Source: Octopus vulgaris
Lineage: Eukaryota
NCBI GenBank assembly: GCA_951406725.2
Contig: OX597835.1
Location: 45,880,001-45,944,000 of the forward strand
Direction: 5' to 3'
DNA: 64,000 nt
The position numbers and the translations under genes are program-made. Numbering within the stretch: the first letter of the stretch is position 1; each line of letters opens with the position of its first letter. The notes beneath the pieces are model-generated. The model ran no database searches. It was not told the DNA's origin and was given only the letters and a program-made list of their open reading frames with translations. Positions 1 to 14,838 of this stretch are shown here, in pieces.

Positions 1-533
1 ATGAGCAAAAATGTTCTTTTCACTCGGCAGGCACTTTAGACAAACGTAGTTTATGACACTTCTGTGCCAATAGAATGTATTCTCAACTGGGAAATACACG
101 CAAACGTCGAGTTCAAATTCATTCAGTATAGGTATGTTTGTTGATCTTCGTCGATGCATATATTTTACCTGAAGATAATATTGATCTTTCCCATAACTAA
201 TCCTTTATAAATGTAAATATTGATATGATGCCGAATGAATTATCCATCAGGTGGGGACCGAGGTCACCTAGCACAGTCCTACATCCCAGATGCCCAGGCT
301 TAGATTTCACTTGAATCCTCGCTGTTTCTCCACCATAGAGAATCTATCGTAAGATTTGACTGACAAATGGCGAACGCAAACTACCAGGTTCTAGAAAAAC
401 TTGGAGAGGAGACAGCCCTGGCGAATGTCTCCGCATTATCTCATACGACACAGCGAGCTTTCCACGCAGTATTTCTGGGTTAGATTGGGTAGCCTTTATG
501 CTCTTAATCTGTTCCTAGTTACATAAGGTGGTG

Positions 534-740
534 GGGCGAGCTGACAGAATCTTTAGCATGGCGGGTAAAATGCAACGGCATTTCGTCGGTTTTCACGTTC
601 TGAGATCAAATTCCGCCGAGGTCGAGTTTGCATGTCAAGGTTTGGGAAAGATAAAATATATAGCAATTGAGAAGTGGGATCGATGTAATCGACTTTCACC
701 CAACCCCAAATTTGCTGGCCTTGTGCGAAATTTTGAAATC
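534..740 (+). mobile_element. SINE family A, degenerate copy
   Basis: ggcgagctgacagaatc...gttctgagatcaaattccgccgaggtcgagtttgc matches the copies at 3051, 9742, 17812 and 58360. Confidence 0.6.
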
Positions 741-2167
741 AATATGTTCCTTCTTACTAGATGCCTTGAGCACTGGTTCGAATCATGCTCTAACCATCAG
801 GATTATTAGTGCAACAAACCACAGGTTTTAAGTCTGAAGTCTATTGACTCCCCCCCCCCCCATCAATGCATGTTTTCCTATCTAATATCCCTTCAGAATA
901 GACCCGACCTCCTCTGTTTCAGTGATGTCCAATAAAATCGAGATAAGCTTATCTATCTCATCTTTCCACCTTTCTGTTTAGTCTAACTTCAACAATAAAA
1001 GTTCAAGAGTTGCGAATTAATAGCGAAATAACGTGGGATATTTGAGGTAAAATTTGGTTCCGATTTGTGGCTAGTTGCGTTCACCACAGAGCAATTGCTG
1101 CTTAAACTAGGCACAAAATCAAACTTCCGAGTATTTAATCTATCCACATCTATGCAGCATTTTAAGTGTAGCAAAACTCTTCTAAATTTTTAGTTGTATG
1201 CAGAAAAAAAGAAAACTGCAATGCATGCAAAACACAGAGTTTATTCATTTTGAGAAAAGATTTAATGAATTGATTAGTGAAAGCCGTGAGTTGTGTGGTT
1301 GAGGGTACCCAGATCAAATTAATTACCGGAGTACTGTCCACAACAACGTATATTTCAGGAGACATACGGCCGAGAAAAATTATTTGCCAAACCTGAACTC
1401 CCAAGGTCAGTGTACCACTCAGATGAACCAAAGATTTTTATGAGTTAACAACACAACACAGCAACCACAAAAATCACTACAATAATAACAACCTCATTAA
1501 AACGATCAAATAATGACTTCTAATGAGCCCGATTAAAAAATTCAGTTTTTTAATAAAACCACACGGAAGAAAATCACAATTCACAACCATTTGTTGATAT
1601 AATAAATATTTGTCTGTTTGTCTGCCTGTCGCTCTCTCTCCCCCATACACATACACACACACTGTATATGATTACATGTTTGTGCGTGTTACTTCGTATG
1701 TGTTCGTGTTTGTGTGTTTGTGTGTGTGTAGTGTGAGCTTGTGTTTGGCGAATATCTATCTCATTGATTCGACCCATTTCTAAGTGTCGATGCACGCATA
1801 TAATTCCACTTTATTCAGCAACCGTACACATTCTCGCTTTGCAGGAAGTTCCTTAATGTGTGCGAAAAATCACTCTAAAATTACTATGAAACAATGAGGA
1901 ATCGAAGCAGAACGACACAGTTTTATGTTTGAGGCTAAGCATTTGCGATGTCCTATGAACCCCTTGCTCTGTTTCCCACTCTCTCTCTCTCTCTTTCTCT
2001 CTCTCACTACACAAACACATACACAAACATACGTGTGTGTGTGTATGTGTGTGTATACTTATGTCTATGCATCAACTCACACAGTGTGTTTATGTCTTTC
2101 TAACCACTTAATTTTCCTACATCTCTTCCTTTTTCTCTCTTCCTCTTTCTCTCTCTCTCTCTCTCTT

Positions 2168-2545
2168 TCCCTTTCACTCATTATCTCTTTCTCTCACTAC
2201 CACATTATATATACACACACATACGCGAGTGTGTGTAAATATATACTTGCACACTCCCCCTATATCACTCTAACTCTATTTCCCTATTTCTTTCCTTTTC
2301 ACTCATTCTTCCTCTCACTCCCCCTCACTCTCCTCCTCTCTCTGTCTCTCTGTCTCTCTGTCTCTCTCTCTCTCTCCTTCCCCTTCACTCATTATCTCTT
2401 TCTCTCACTACCACATTATATATATATATATACACACATACGTGAGTGTGTGTAAATATATACTTGCACACTCCCCCTATATCACACTAACTCTATTTCC
2501 CTATTTCTTTCCATTTCACTCATTCTTCCTCTCCCTCCCCCTCCC
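2168..2545. repeat. Local tandem duplication (~210-bp period) bounded by (CT)n tracts
   Basis: The block cactcattatctctttctctcactaccacattatatatacacacacatacg..gagtgtgtgtaaatatatacttgcacactccccctatatcac..ctaactctatttccctatttc occurs at ~2175 and ~2386, nearly identical. Confidence 0.85.
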
Positions 2546-3050
2546 TCTCCTCCTCTCTCTCTCTCTCCTCCCCTCTCTCTATCTCTCTATCATCTGTCGA
2601 GATACTTTGAGACGCACAGATACCAAGTATGCCATAAAAATTAATGTGAATCGAGGGTGTAACTAAATAGCGAAATCTCGGAAGAGACATTATTACGTGA
2701 ATCAAATGACTTGTGCCTGTGAAACGTAATGGTTATTATAGCAAAACGAAAGCAAAACCTTATATTTCATTAATTAATTGAAACACGATAAAGCGCAGAG
2801 AACAGTGTTCCGTTCCCAAGCGTTTACCTAGGCGTAATTTTAAGGTTTATACCTATTATTTCATCATCTAAAGGGGACATAGCTGTAGATTTTAATAGCA
2901 ATCTGAAATTATAATAATTACATGAATGTAAGAATTCCAATTCGAAATTATGTTTCCACGTAATTAACTGGGACGTCTTTAGGAAGGAAGCATCGATGTA
3001 AAGCGGGAATAATTGTTGAACATTTAATTAAATAATGCTGGATTTTAAGA

Positions 3051-3446
3051 CGGTGAGCTGGCGGAATCGTTAGCACACCGGGCGAAATGCTTAGCAGTAT
3101 TTAGTCCATCTTTACGTTCTGAGTTCAAATTCCGCCGAGGTCCACTTTGCCTTTCATCCTTTCGTGGTCGATTAAATAAGTACCAGTTACGCACTGGGGT
3201 CGATGTAATCGACTTAATCCGTTTGTCTGTCCTTGTTTGTCCCTTCTGTGTTTAGCCTCTTGTGTGTAGTAAAGAAATAAGTATTTCGTCTGCCGTTACG
3301 TTCTGAGTTCAAATTCCGTCGAGGTCGACTTTGCCTTTCATCATTTCGAGATCGATAAATTACGTACCAGCTGTGTACTGGGGTCGATCTAATCGACTGG
3401 CCCCTCCCCAAAATATTCAGGCCTTCTACCGAGAGTGGAAAAGAAT
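3051..3446 (+). mobile_element. SINE family A, dimeric form (core present twice)
   Basis: Head cggtgagctggcggaatcgttagc. The module gttctgagttcaaattccg..gaggt..actttgcctttcatc..tttcg..gtcgat..aa..taccag occurs at ~3116 and ~3300. The gcctttcatcctttcggggtcgataaa..agtaccag core resembles the Meta-type SINE central domain (recognised from memory, not searched). Confidence 0.8.
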
Positions 3447-3542
3447 GATGTAGTTTTTTCGGATTGTTTTAGATGGTTCAGCCTTTGCTGTTTAGGCCAT
3501 GCTACAGCAAGGGAGACATACTAATTAATATCTGAACATAAG

Positions 3543-3567
3543 TATCTATCTATCTATCCATCCATCC

Positions 3568-3603
<36 letters not shown>

Positions 3604-3604
3604 G

Positions 3605-3675
<71 letters not shown>
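3543..3675. repeat. (TATC)n microsatellite
   Basis: Direct reading. Confidence 0.95.
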
Positions 3676-5779
3676 GTTCTGTTCTGTCTGTCTGTATGTA
3701 TGTGTGCATGTGCATATATATAATGCAATGTATATGCATATTTTATGTATATATATATGTGTGTGTGTGTGTGTACAGTCTACTGTTCCCTGATGGTAAG
3801 ATCAACAAAAAGAACTTCATGTGCACACACGCATACACACACAAACACATTCACATGCAGGAACGCTCTCATTCGTACATATACACGCGCTCACACACTC
3901 TTCATACTCACACATGTGCTTGACCACACGCGCCCGCCCATATACACATACACACACGCACATATTACCTAACATAAACACACAAGCATCCGCATACACA
4001 CCTGCGTACACACATAAGTCACAGTTGTCTCCCTTGCCAGTGATTGTACTAAAGACGAAGGTGGGTTCTTGAAACAGTTCGTTGTAAGTTCTCACTGATT
4101 ATAGACACGTGACTGTGTACATGAGTGGGTACCTACATAACTGTCACATCTGTATAAAGACACGTAAATACAAACATGCAGATAGCTATCAATATTTGCA
4201 ACGGTTTCTATTGCAGTTTCGGCTAACACGTGTTGGCACAGTATTCTTCAACTAAAATGCGTGCGCAAATGTTCATCATCGCTCACCATCCCACGGAATC
4301 ATTCTACAGAATAGATTAGCAATTTACTAACTCGTTTGAAATTATTACTATATTTAACATTATGCTAAAACCGTCGTGCAATGTTGCTCTTGCGTATAGA
4401 ATAATGTATCTGCATAAAATATGGCATAAGGTAAACGAATCTACTACAGAGAGCCTAAAATTTCTTTGTTAGGATTTCGCAAATATCGTTTAAAGGAATA
4501 ATTAATACCTTTGAATAGCGTGGTTCCAGTCACAAAAATCGATGAGCAAAAATCGCATTGGGAAAATTAGGAACGGTACGTAAAATTTCATGACCGATGC
4601 CAAATACTTTATTTGGGACTACTTCGTAATATCTCAGTTTCCTGATAATGTCTCTGTAAACTTGAGCAAGCGTCACGCTAATACGATAATCGTCCTTTGT
4701 TCACATTTACTTAATCTATGTCTCTAAAAGAATCTGAAACTGAAAGAATAATGCTTAAAGATGTTTGATGAATTCGGCATCAAATTTATCATCAGAAATA
4801 CAGAGTTGCCGCATTGCTTTTGAGGCGTAGAAGATGACCTGGTATTGCTATATCGCTTACTATATATTTCTCTTCGTTGCCAGAAGAAATGAGACGTTTA
4901 TTGTTGTTTGATGATAACTCAACAGGCATTCGTTTACAATATCCTTCTATTTCCCGGGGGCGAACGGGGTTGCAAATATAATTACATCTGTTAAAATTTT
5001 ATAGCTAAGGCTTGAAGTTTCCTTATTAACTAATTTCAGTTAGAATTTAATTTACTAATACACTGGAGGGCGTATTCCCTTATAAAATATTAATTCACGT
5101 CATCATGGAATGTATTTCGTGGAAATTGACGGAGACATTACGGCAAAGTTCTGGATTTTGTTTAATATAAATAGTGAATTCAATGAAGTTCTTTTTTCCC
5201 CCGTAAACGAAAAGAAAATCAAAAGTGTGGTTAATTTATTTTAGTATTTTATAACAAGGGATACAAAATCTTTAGTTCAGCTACATTACCATTATCTAAT
5301 AAACAGTTTTTCGTGCAGAAATATTTATTCTATGTAACGTATTTAACCGCACGTAACTTACAATATTTGCGATATCTAAGTTTATTATGGGATGCGTATA
5401 CGACGGTGAGTAAAGTTTTTGAAGTAAGTCTATCATTACCAAAACCACAAACTATTATGAGTAACAAAGAATGCTCGAAGAGTCAGAATCACCTTGCACA
5501 AACTGCTATTGTTCTCAATGTGAGAAAATGAAGCCAAGATGAAAGTATTTTAGGCGAGACTTTTTGATTTTGCCGACTGTAAAGATGTCAGAGGAAAGTG
5601 CAGAGGCTAGACAGATACAATGAATTGTAATTGATGAGATAAGCAAAAGGAAATGGCAGAAATGGATGTGAGAGGGGAATGGAGTGAAAGCGTCTGCTCA
5701 TTAAATATACAACTGAGGCTGCAATAAACTGGATTGCTACAATGAAGCATTAGTACAAAGGAGTGTATATTAATGTATA

Positions 5780-5819
<40 letters not shown>

Positions 5820-5867
5820 TTTGTGTGTGTATGTATGTGTATATATATATATATATATATATACTGT

Positions 5868-6114
5868 CTGTGTTGTAAGTAGGTTGTTTACCAACCACAT
5901 GGTTCCGGGTTCAGTCCCACTGCATGGCATCTTGGGCAAGTGTCTTCTACTATAGCCTCGTGCCGACCAAAGCCTTGTGAGTGGAATTGCTTGACGGAAA
6001 CTGAAAGAATCCCGTCGTATATATGTACCTCACCCGACCACGGCTTTCAACCGATTCTGATGAAACTTATATGTCATAATTCAAAACTAACGCAGCGAAA
6101 ATTTTGAAAGTTCC

Positions 6115-6155
<41 letters not shown>

Positions 6156-6414
6156 CAACGCCGGGCGATACTGCTAGTGTGTGTGTGTGTGTGTGTTTGT
6201 GTGTCTGTGTTTGTCCCCCCTAGCACTGCTTGACAACCGATGCTGGTGTGTTTATGTCCCCGTCACGTAGCGGTTCGGCAAAAAGAGAGCGATATAATAG
6301 GTACTGGGCTTACAAAGAATAAGTCCCGGGGTCGGGTTGCTCGATTAAAGGCGGTGCTTCAGCATGGCCGCAGTCAAATGACTGAAACAAGTAAAAGGTA
6401 AAAGAGTAAAAGAG

Positions 6415-6417
<3 letters not shown>
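5868..6417 (+). mobile_element. SINE family B (tRNA-like head, CORE-like domain), interrupted in its internal microsatellite
   Basis: ggttccgggttcagtcccactgc..catcttgggcaagtgtcttc...ggccgcagtcaaatgactgaaacaagtaaaag is colinear with the copy at 23955-24381. Confidence 0.85.
6025..6177 (+). mobile_element. Helitron remnant nested in SINE B
   Basis: gagcaacgccgggcgatactgCTAG|t at 6153-6177 is identical to the 3' end of the Helitron at 22516-22813. The segment 6025-6118 is absent from the intact SINE B copy. Confidence 0.65.
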
Positions 6418-6446
<29 letters not shown>

Positions 6447-6448
<2 letters not shown>

Positions 6449-6508
6449 ACTTTGATAGGTTTCGGCCATTATTGGCCATGTCTAACTTAATATCACCACC
6501 TGGTAAAT
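6447..6508 (-). mobile_element. Extreme 3' tip of the CR1-type LINE family
   Basis: ggccatgtctaacttaatatcaccacctg matches 32140-32168 at the 3' end of the LINE at 32098-33571. Flanked on both sides by (TA)n. Confidence 0.7.
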
Positions 6509-6764
6509 ATATATATATACACGCACAGAAGTATACTCAGTGTAAATCACATGATGCCTTTCTTCTCTATAGCGCCGATCTGCCAAGCCCTGATTCAAAT
6601 ATGTTCATTAATGGCTGGAAAAAAGTTGTAGTTGTCGAATACATAACATTCTAAATTTTATATAATATAATATGATACAATATATATACATGCGTGTGTG
6701 TGTGTGTATGCGTGTGTAAACGTACACATATTAAATCGCAAATAAAATGACAGATAAATAGAAA

Positions 6765-8095
6765 ATAGTTGATTGTAATATTTGAAGTTAGACATAATAA
6801 GATAAGGTGAGAGAAGGGGAAAATACCATTTCAAATGCCAGGAAAGCATTACTTTTCTTCGGCGATTCCAATTTGGTCAAAAAAATGCAGATTCCTTAGT
6901 TCCTGTCTGATGTGTCGATTGGTACATACGACGGTGCGGAATTATGCATTCTAGTAGGTGTTTATATCCTGTCCAATTTGCAATTAAAATTCCCTATCTT
7001 TAAATGGAGATTAAATAGGTGTAATGGCGTCATAGATACCTGTAACATAAATAGGCATAAACTTGATGGGGTTAGGAAGAATGTTATTGAAATCTTCCAC
7101 AGAATGGGCTTAAAATTTACAATAGACACAAACCTCGATAGCGTTAGTTTCATTGATATTGACGGTGATTTAGAATCGGATAGATTTAAACCATTTCGTA
7201 AGCCTAATGAAAAGCAATTCTTTATTGATAACCAGTTTAATCACCCACCTGCCATTCTTGGAAATATGGTTAGCATCATAGGAAAGGGCGTTTCATCGCT
7301 ATTTTCCGAGCAGGCTGCCTTTCGTAATGCCTCCCTCAATTATAAGGACTCTTTGCAAAACAGTGGATTCTCAGAGAAGATCTGATATATTCGTAATGAA
7401 GGTAATCATATTAGAGCCCGCAGAACTAGAATGAGAACGATTTTGTGGTTCAGCCCAGCTTTTAGAATCACTGTTAGAACTAAGGTAGGCAGACAAAGTG
7501 TCATTCTACATTCTAGGTACTTTCCAGCCAATCATAAGTATCGTGAAACTTTACAAAAAATAACGCTTCGGGTTAGCTATTCTGGTTGTAAAACTTTGTT
7601 TCTTTAAGAAACCAGCGTAAGACAAAGATCCATTGCAAAACTAATGGTTCTACGGAAAAAAATGACCCAAAATATATTTGTGAAGACCAGAGCAGCTGTT
7701 TTTAGATGGAAATTACTTAAAAGGCATAGTTTATAGCGCCACATTTCAGAAGGACAACACAAGGCATACATAGGTAGCACAGAGAACACTTTCAAAATGA
7801 GGCTATGTCCTCACAAAAATTCCTTTCACTACAACGAATATAGACCTGCAGCCAGGTTCGCCAAACACATATGGTAGTTAAAAGAAGCAGATTTGTTTTC
7901 CCATTTAAAATTTGCTTGTCTATATGTTCTTTATTTGATTTTTTTGTTTCTGATGAGGCAGCTCCGATAGGTACGTGCCACACGAAAGCTCAATGAGATG
8001 CCATTTATGTTTGAGCGACAAGATTTGTTACATTTTTTCCTGGATAAACATGCTTTGAACCACAAAACGTAGCTCCTATATTTTTGAAGACATGA
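6765..8095 (+). mobile_element. Degenerate Penelope-like retroelement (RT plus GIY-YIG remnants, probably Naiad-like)
   Basis: Translated motifs IGTYDGAELCILVGVYIL, KPFRKPNE..FNHPPAIL, ILWFSPAF, YFPANHKY, RVSYSGC and YIGSTENTFK. Many stops and frameshifts. Hammerhead-like ctgatga...gaaagctc near 7950-7992. Confidence 0.8.
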
Positions 8096-8133
8096 TTCAA
8101 GAGGGAGAGAAGGAAAGAGAGAAAGAGAGGGAA

Positions 8134-8202
<69 letters not shown>

Positions 8203-8601
8203 CGGATAGATATATAGAGATGTATATATAGGTGTGTATGTACATGCGTGTGCGTGCATCCAACTAACGGTAACGTAAAACTTTAAGTAAGAGTGTGTGG
8301 AAATTTTTTCCGCTTTAATAAAAAATATTACTCTACTTTCGGTATTCGAGAACTATTTTGCTATCATGCTTCGCATTTATGAGGTTGCTTATATGTATAT
8401 ATATATATACATGTACACTAAATAATGAACCGAACACTGTGTTCTGATAAAAGTGACGGGAGGAGAATATTTCGAAATTCTTATCACAAAAAAAAAAAAA
8501 ACGTGTTATCGACCAAACAGGCAAAAATATATAACAATAAAACTCGCATTTCAACTCGTAAAACAGAATTCTCGGGATTTTAGCGAAAATACTCTACGAA
8601 T

Positions 8602-8640
<39 letters not shown>

Positions 8641-8719
8641 CATATGATACGTGATTTAATTCAAACAACGTGCTAAACACATACATACACACACATGATT
8701 ATACATATACATACATACA

Positions 8720-8788
<69 letters not shown>

Positions 8789-9741
8789 AGTAAATATAAT
8801 TGTAGACTGAAGAGCAGCAGTATGATATTGGCAACGCTGTAGAATCTGAGATAAAATACACAGAGATATTGTCAACAGTGAGTCGGAAATGAAGTGAAAT
8901 ACGAAAATATAATGCCATAGAAATGATGTAGGTATGGGGACATATCAATACACACAAGAGATTAGATAAAAGCCAAATTTTAACTTTCGCTGTTTGCTTA
9001 TTTCATGTACAACTTTGTCTGTTAATGTTTGCTTTGAACTCTGCTAACTCTGCTAAAAATGTCTGTGGAAGCGAGCCAACAGCAGAGCATCTGAGAAAGC
9101 GTCGCCAAAACTTCCTTAAATAAACGGCCATCCTCTGTGATTCATTAAAACAGAATAAGATAGAGAATGTTATGTATATTAATAAAAGAGACAGAATGGT
9201 TCTGCTCTATAAGTATCTGGTTTATTCGACAACTATAACTCTTTTCCAGACATTAATGAACATATTTGGATCGGGGCTTGTCAGATCGGCGCTATAGAGA
9301 AGGAAGGTATCACGTGATATTACACTGAGTATCGTTTCGGTCCGAGTTCTAATTCTGTCGAGGTACACTTTGCCTTTGTACTTTTTTTAGTCGCTATTAT
9401 ATTTAGTTTCGATGTAGCAATGATTAATATAGTTGACCAAAGCAATGCAATTGATACTTCGCCATATCAAATGACTTCAGCCAGATTCAACTATTTTAAG
9501 AATAACAAAATTAACTCTTTAACAAATGACTGCAAAAATATATTGCTTTCAGCTCTAGCACAAATTGCGATGTATTACATCAGACATGACCGGCGGTCTG
9601 GCAGAAACTGTAGTGTGTCAGACAAAGTGTTTAGTATCCAGTTGTATGTGTTAAACTTGTGTATTGAAATACCACTGAGGTCAACTTTACCTTCTAAGCC
9701 AGTGTGATGAGTTCAAATTCAATATCAGTCAAATTCAAAGG

Positions 9742-9952
9742 GGCGGCGAGCTGGCAGAAACGTTAGCACGCCGGACGAAATGCTTAGCGTTATTTCGTTT
9801 ATCTTTACGTTCTGAGTTCAAATTCCGACGAGGTCAACTTTGCTTTTCATCATTTCGGGGTCGATGCATTAAGTAGCAGTTGTGTTCTGGGGTCGATGTA
9901 AGCGACTCGATTCCTCACTAACAATTTCGGGCTTTGTGCCTCGATTAAAAAA
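9742..9952 (+). mobile_element. SINE family A, monomer with probable target-site duplication
   Basis: Full head and core. aatatcagtcaa occurs on both sides (~9721 and ~9954). Confidence 0.8.
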
Positions 9953-10044
9953 AATATCAGTCAATTATAATTTTTTAAAGCTCCCCAATAAATATGCGGT
10001 CGTAGGTAAAAAAAAAAGCTAGGTATCTCAGACTCACTGTATAT

Positions 10045-10275
10045 TCATTTCTTTATTGCCCACAGGGAGCCAAACATAGAGGGGACAAAGAAGGACAGGG
10101 AAAGGGATTAAGTCGATCTCATCGACCCCAGTGTGTAACTGTTAGTTATTAATGGATCCGGAAAGGATGAAAGGTAAATTCAACCTTGGCGGAATTTGAA
10201 CTCAGAAGTTAACGACAGACGAAATATCGCTAAGCATTTCGCCTGGCATACAAACGATTCTACAACTCGCCACCC
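10045..10275 (-). mobile_element. SINE family A
   Basis: Reverse complement of the family A head and core (ggcggaatttgaactcagaa, aaaggatgaaagg). Confidence 0.75.
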
Positions 10276-11054
10276 ACCCTGTATATTGAATCTGACTGTA
10301 TATCGAAACCTCGTTCTGTTACTTCTGTCTTCCCTCTTTCTTAATCTCCATCCCACTCTCCTAAACCTACAAACTCGACCATACTCACAGCTATGTACAA
10401 ATAGCAGCAAGTCTTTGAATCTGTTTGATTGCTAATTCGTTGTCATAACATAAATTACTAACATAATGCATTACTTCAATAGAATGTATGATTAATGAAG
10501 TCAAATACAGTACTTGGTGGTTATTTTAGTGCACAAAAACAACACCATAAAATTCTTGTAACAGTCTTATATTCTTAAACAACAAAATACTTTATAAAAT
10601 GTATTAAACACTATCGACGTTTTGTTATTTAAAATTCCACTAACGACCAATTTATAGATTTTTATGAAAAGAGTTAAGCAGGTTAATAAAAGTAAATATA
10701 CTTCAACGTCAACAAGATAATAAAAATAAATACATCGTCGACAATACAGTGAAAAATTATAATGTAGAGTGTACAGTTGTTCATATTTGCTTCTCTATAG
10801 CATTTCCTGATATAATTTTAATTGAATAAAACAAGCCATGAGAAGAGATTAGAAAGCATTCTTCCTATCTGCTCAGCACAACCAATAAGATATTACCTGA
10901 GTTAATCGGTTGCTGAAATAATAGAAATAATTTGATTACACACCGTTCTCCCTCTAATTTTCGCTTCCCCTTACTCTCCATACGTTCATACATCTATACA
11001 TGTATAGGTATATATGCATACATAGATTTATGCATTCATATATGTATATATATG

Positions 11055-11246
<192 letters not shown>

Positions 11247-11424
11247 TGCATATATATTCGACTGAAATGACTTGTCATTACGTTGTTTTACGTTAACTCA
11301 TTTAGCCAGGCCGCATAAGGAGAATTAGAAAACGTTACATGTGTGTGTTGTGTGTGTATATGTTTATATATACACATATACATACATACATACATACATA
11401 CATACATACATACAGACATGCATG

Positions 11425-11465
<41 letters not shown>

Positions 11466-12301
11466 TCAGAAAGAAAGATGTACGTGTGTGCCGTAAATGT
11501 GTGTGTGTCTCTCTGTATCAATATTATGTCAGTAATGAAAAAATTAGTGCTGTTATATTATAAAATTGATATTAATGCAGCATATAAGAGGATATGCTTT
11601 AATTTAAGGAATTACTGTTCGAAAGACAATATTATATGCAATTACATTTTTAATAGAAAGATAATATATTATTGCAGATTAATGTAAGCTGAAATAGATA
11701 TAATCGCAAAAAGAAAAACCAAGCGGAATATTTGCATCTACGCTACCTCAGCATGAGTATACAAAGCAAGATCGCCCTAATCGCACATGGGGAGAAGTTC
11801 AAGGAAACTGTGCCTGGCTCTGTAAAAGGGATTTATTTTCGTACACGATTTATCGAAACACCTTGGGTTTAGCCTATTTTTATATATCTCTATAAATATA
11901 TGGACCCGGGTAAAGGGAATATAATTCTTTTGCGTATAAGTCATAGCAGCCTAAGATAAATTTATTGTTTGCTTCTGATTGCTCGTATATGTTGGTATTC
12001 AAGTTAGATCAAACTTAGATGTAGGAAATTGGCTTTTGTAAACTACTGAAGTTAACTCCACACTTAGCGGCTAAATTTCTCTCTACCTATTGCATTCATC
12101 CACAAATTCATCGTAACACACAGAAGTAAATTTAAACACCGAACAGCATTTTGCAATCTTTGCTAATATGAGCAACGCAAACGCGACATTCCGTTGGCAA
12201 TTCCAACCAACCCATTGCAGCTCCACATTAAATTATTATGTCCCACTACCTATTGCTTTCGATACCTGCTGCCGCCGCTGTTGCTTCATTTACTGCTGCT
12301 G

Positions 12302-12349
<48 letters not shown>

Positions 12350-12370
12350 TTACTACTACTACTATACTAC

Positions 12371-12685
12371 GGTGGTGGCAGATGGCCTAGTGGTTAGAGC
12401 AGCGGAATCGCGGTCGAGGGATCGCGGGTTCGAATCTCAGACGTGGGCGAATTTGTTTATGAGTGAAACATCTAGGCTCCACGCGGCTCTGGCAGAAGGT
12501 AATGGCGAACTTCTGCTGACTCTTTCGTCACAACTTTCTCTCTCTCTTTCCTCCTGCATCTTGCAGCTCACCTGCTACGGACCGACGTCACACCCAGGTG
12601 AGGAACATATACGCCACGGAAAGTGGGAACCGGGCCTTATGAGCCAGTCGTGGCTCGAGAAGGAACAAACAACAACAAAACAACA
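12371..12685 (+). mobile_element. SINE family C (tRNA-Arg-like head) inserted in (TAC)n
   Basis: A-box tggcctagtggttag and B-box gggttcgaatct. actatactac flanks both ends (12361-12370 and 12686-12695), consistent with a TSD. Confidence 0.8.
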
Positions 12686-12689
12686 ACTA

Positions 12690-12743
<54 letters not shown>

Positions 12744-12856
12744 CTACTACTACTACTACTACTACTACTAATAATAATAATAATAATGCCACTACCACTA
12801 CTACCGGCATCATCATCAACATTACTATTACCAAAACCACCACCACCACCACTACT

Positions 12857-12927
<71 letters not shown>

Positions 12928-13174
12928 TTACACAGGGTGAGACACAAGACTATAATGATGAATACACTCGTATTTATACATGTTGAACACATTGAATAAT
13001 AGTAATCGTTTCTACTCTAGGCACCCGGCCTTAAATTTTGAGGGAGCGAACGTAGAGACGGGTGAAACACTGAAAAATCCTTTGTATTTTTTTTTTAGGA
13101 ACGAATGTTGCTATTGAAGTAATTGTAGGAGTAGTGGTGGTGGTTTTGGTAATAGTAATGTTGATGATGATGCC

Positions 13175-13514
13175 CATCCCGCTCAAAAGGTCCCTGAATA
13201 AGGATTGTTTAAGGATGTTGAAAGAACCACCCATGTTTCCAGAGGTGAACTATTCAAACCCCAAAGTTGTCAACACATGGCTATGATGCTCCCCCACTAC
13301 TTCTGCTCGTGATCAGAGATGCACATATCGTCAGTCACAAAGGGACATGCTCGACTGGTTAAGGTCAAACAACTGACAAGCAAATCTGTGGTATTGAGCA
13401 GAATATTTGCTGTAGCCCATCTTTTATACCAAGACAAAACAATGTACATGATAACACTTGCAATCAGTTAAGATCAGAAGCCACGAGAGCCACTGCCTGG
13501 TACTGCATCAGGGC

Positions 13515-13548
<34 letters not shown>
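13175..13548 (+). mobile_element. Probable non-LTR retrotransposon 3' UTR with (ATT)n tail
   Basis: About 340 bp present in only one arm of the 12454-13878 inverted duplication. Ends catcagggcatttattattatt, merging into the (ATT)n tract. Confidence 0.5.
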
Positions 13549-13613
<65 letters not shown>

Positions 13614-13644
13614 GTGGTAGTAGTAGTAATAGTAGTAGTAGTAG

Positions 13645-13878
13645 TATAGTTGTTTTGTTGTTGTTTGTTCCTTCTCGAGTCACGACTGGCTCATAAGGCC
13701 CGGTTCCCACTTTCCGTGGCGTATATGTTCCTCACCTGGGTGTGACGTCGGTCCGTAGCAGGTGATCTGCAAGATGCAGGAGGAAAGAGAGAGAGAAAGT
13801 TGTGACGAAAGAGTCAGCAGAAGTTCGCCATTACCTTCTGCCAGAGCCGCGTGGAGCCTAGATGTTTCACTCATAAAC
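13645..13878 (-). mobile_element. SINE family C, headless inverted duplicate of 12454-12690
   Basis: Near-identical reverse complement. Both translate as [29 protein letters not shown] in the ORF track. Confidence 0.9.
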
Positions 13879-13890
13879 ACACACACACAC

Positions 13891-14820
<930 letters not shown>

Positions 14821-14838
14821 GGTATATATATATATATA

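Noticed and set aside
6055-6068. ctgatgaaac as a hammerhead core
   Set aside because: No stem II between the two boxes. It lies in the Helitron-like insert.
7370-7400. In-frame TGA in the Naiad-like PLE as possible selenocysteine
   Set aside because: The element has many other stops and frameshifts, the TGA is not at an evident Cys position, and I could not identify a SECIS.
12168-12986. 272-aa ORF, the longest in the track
   Set aside because: Made of (TAC)n and (TA)n repeats plus a SINE C copy.
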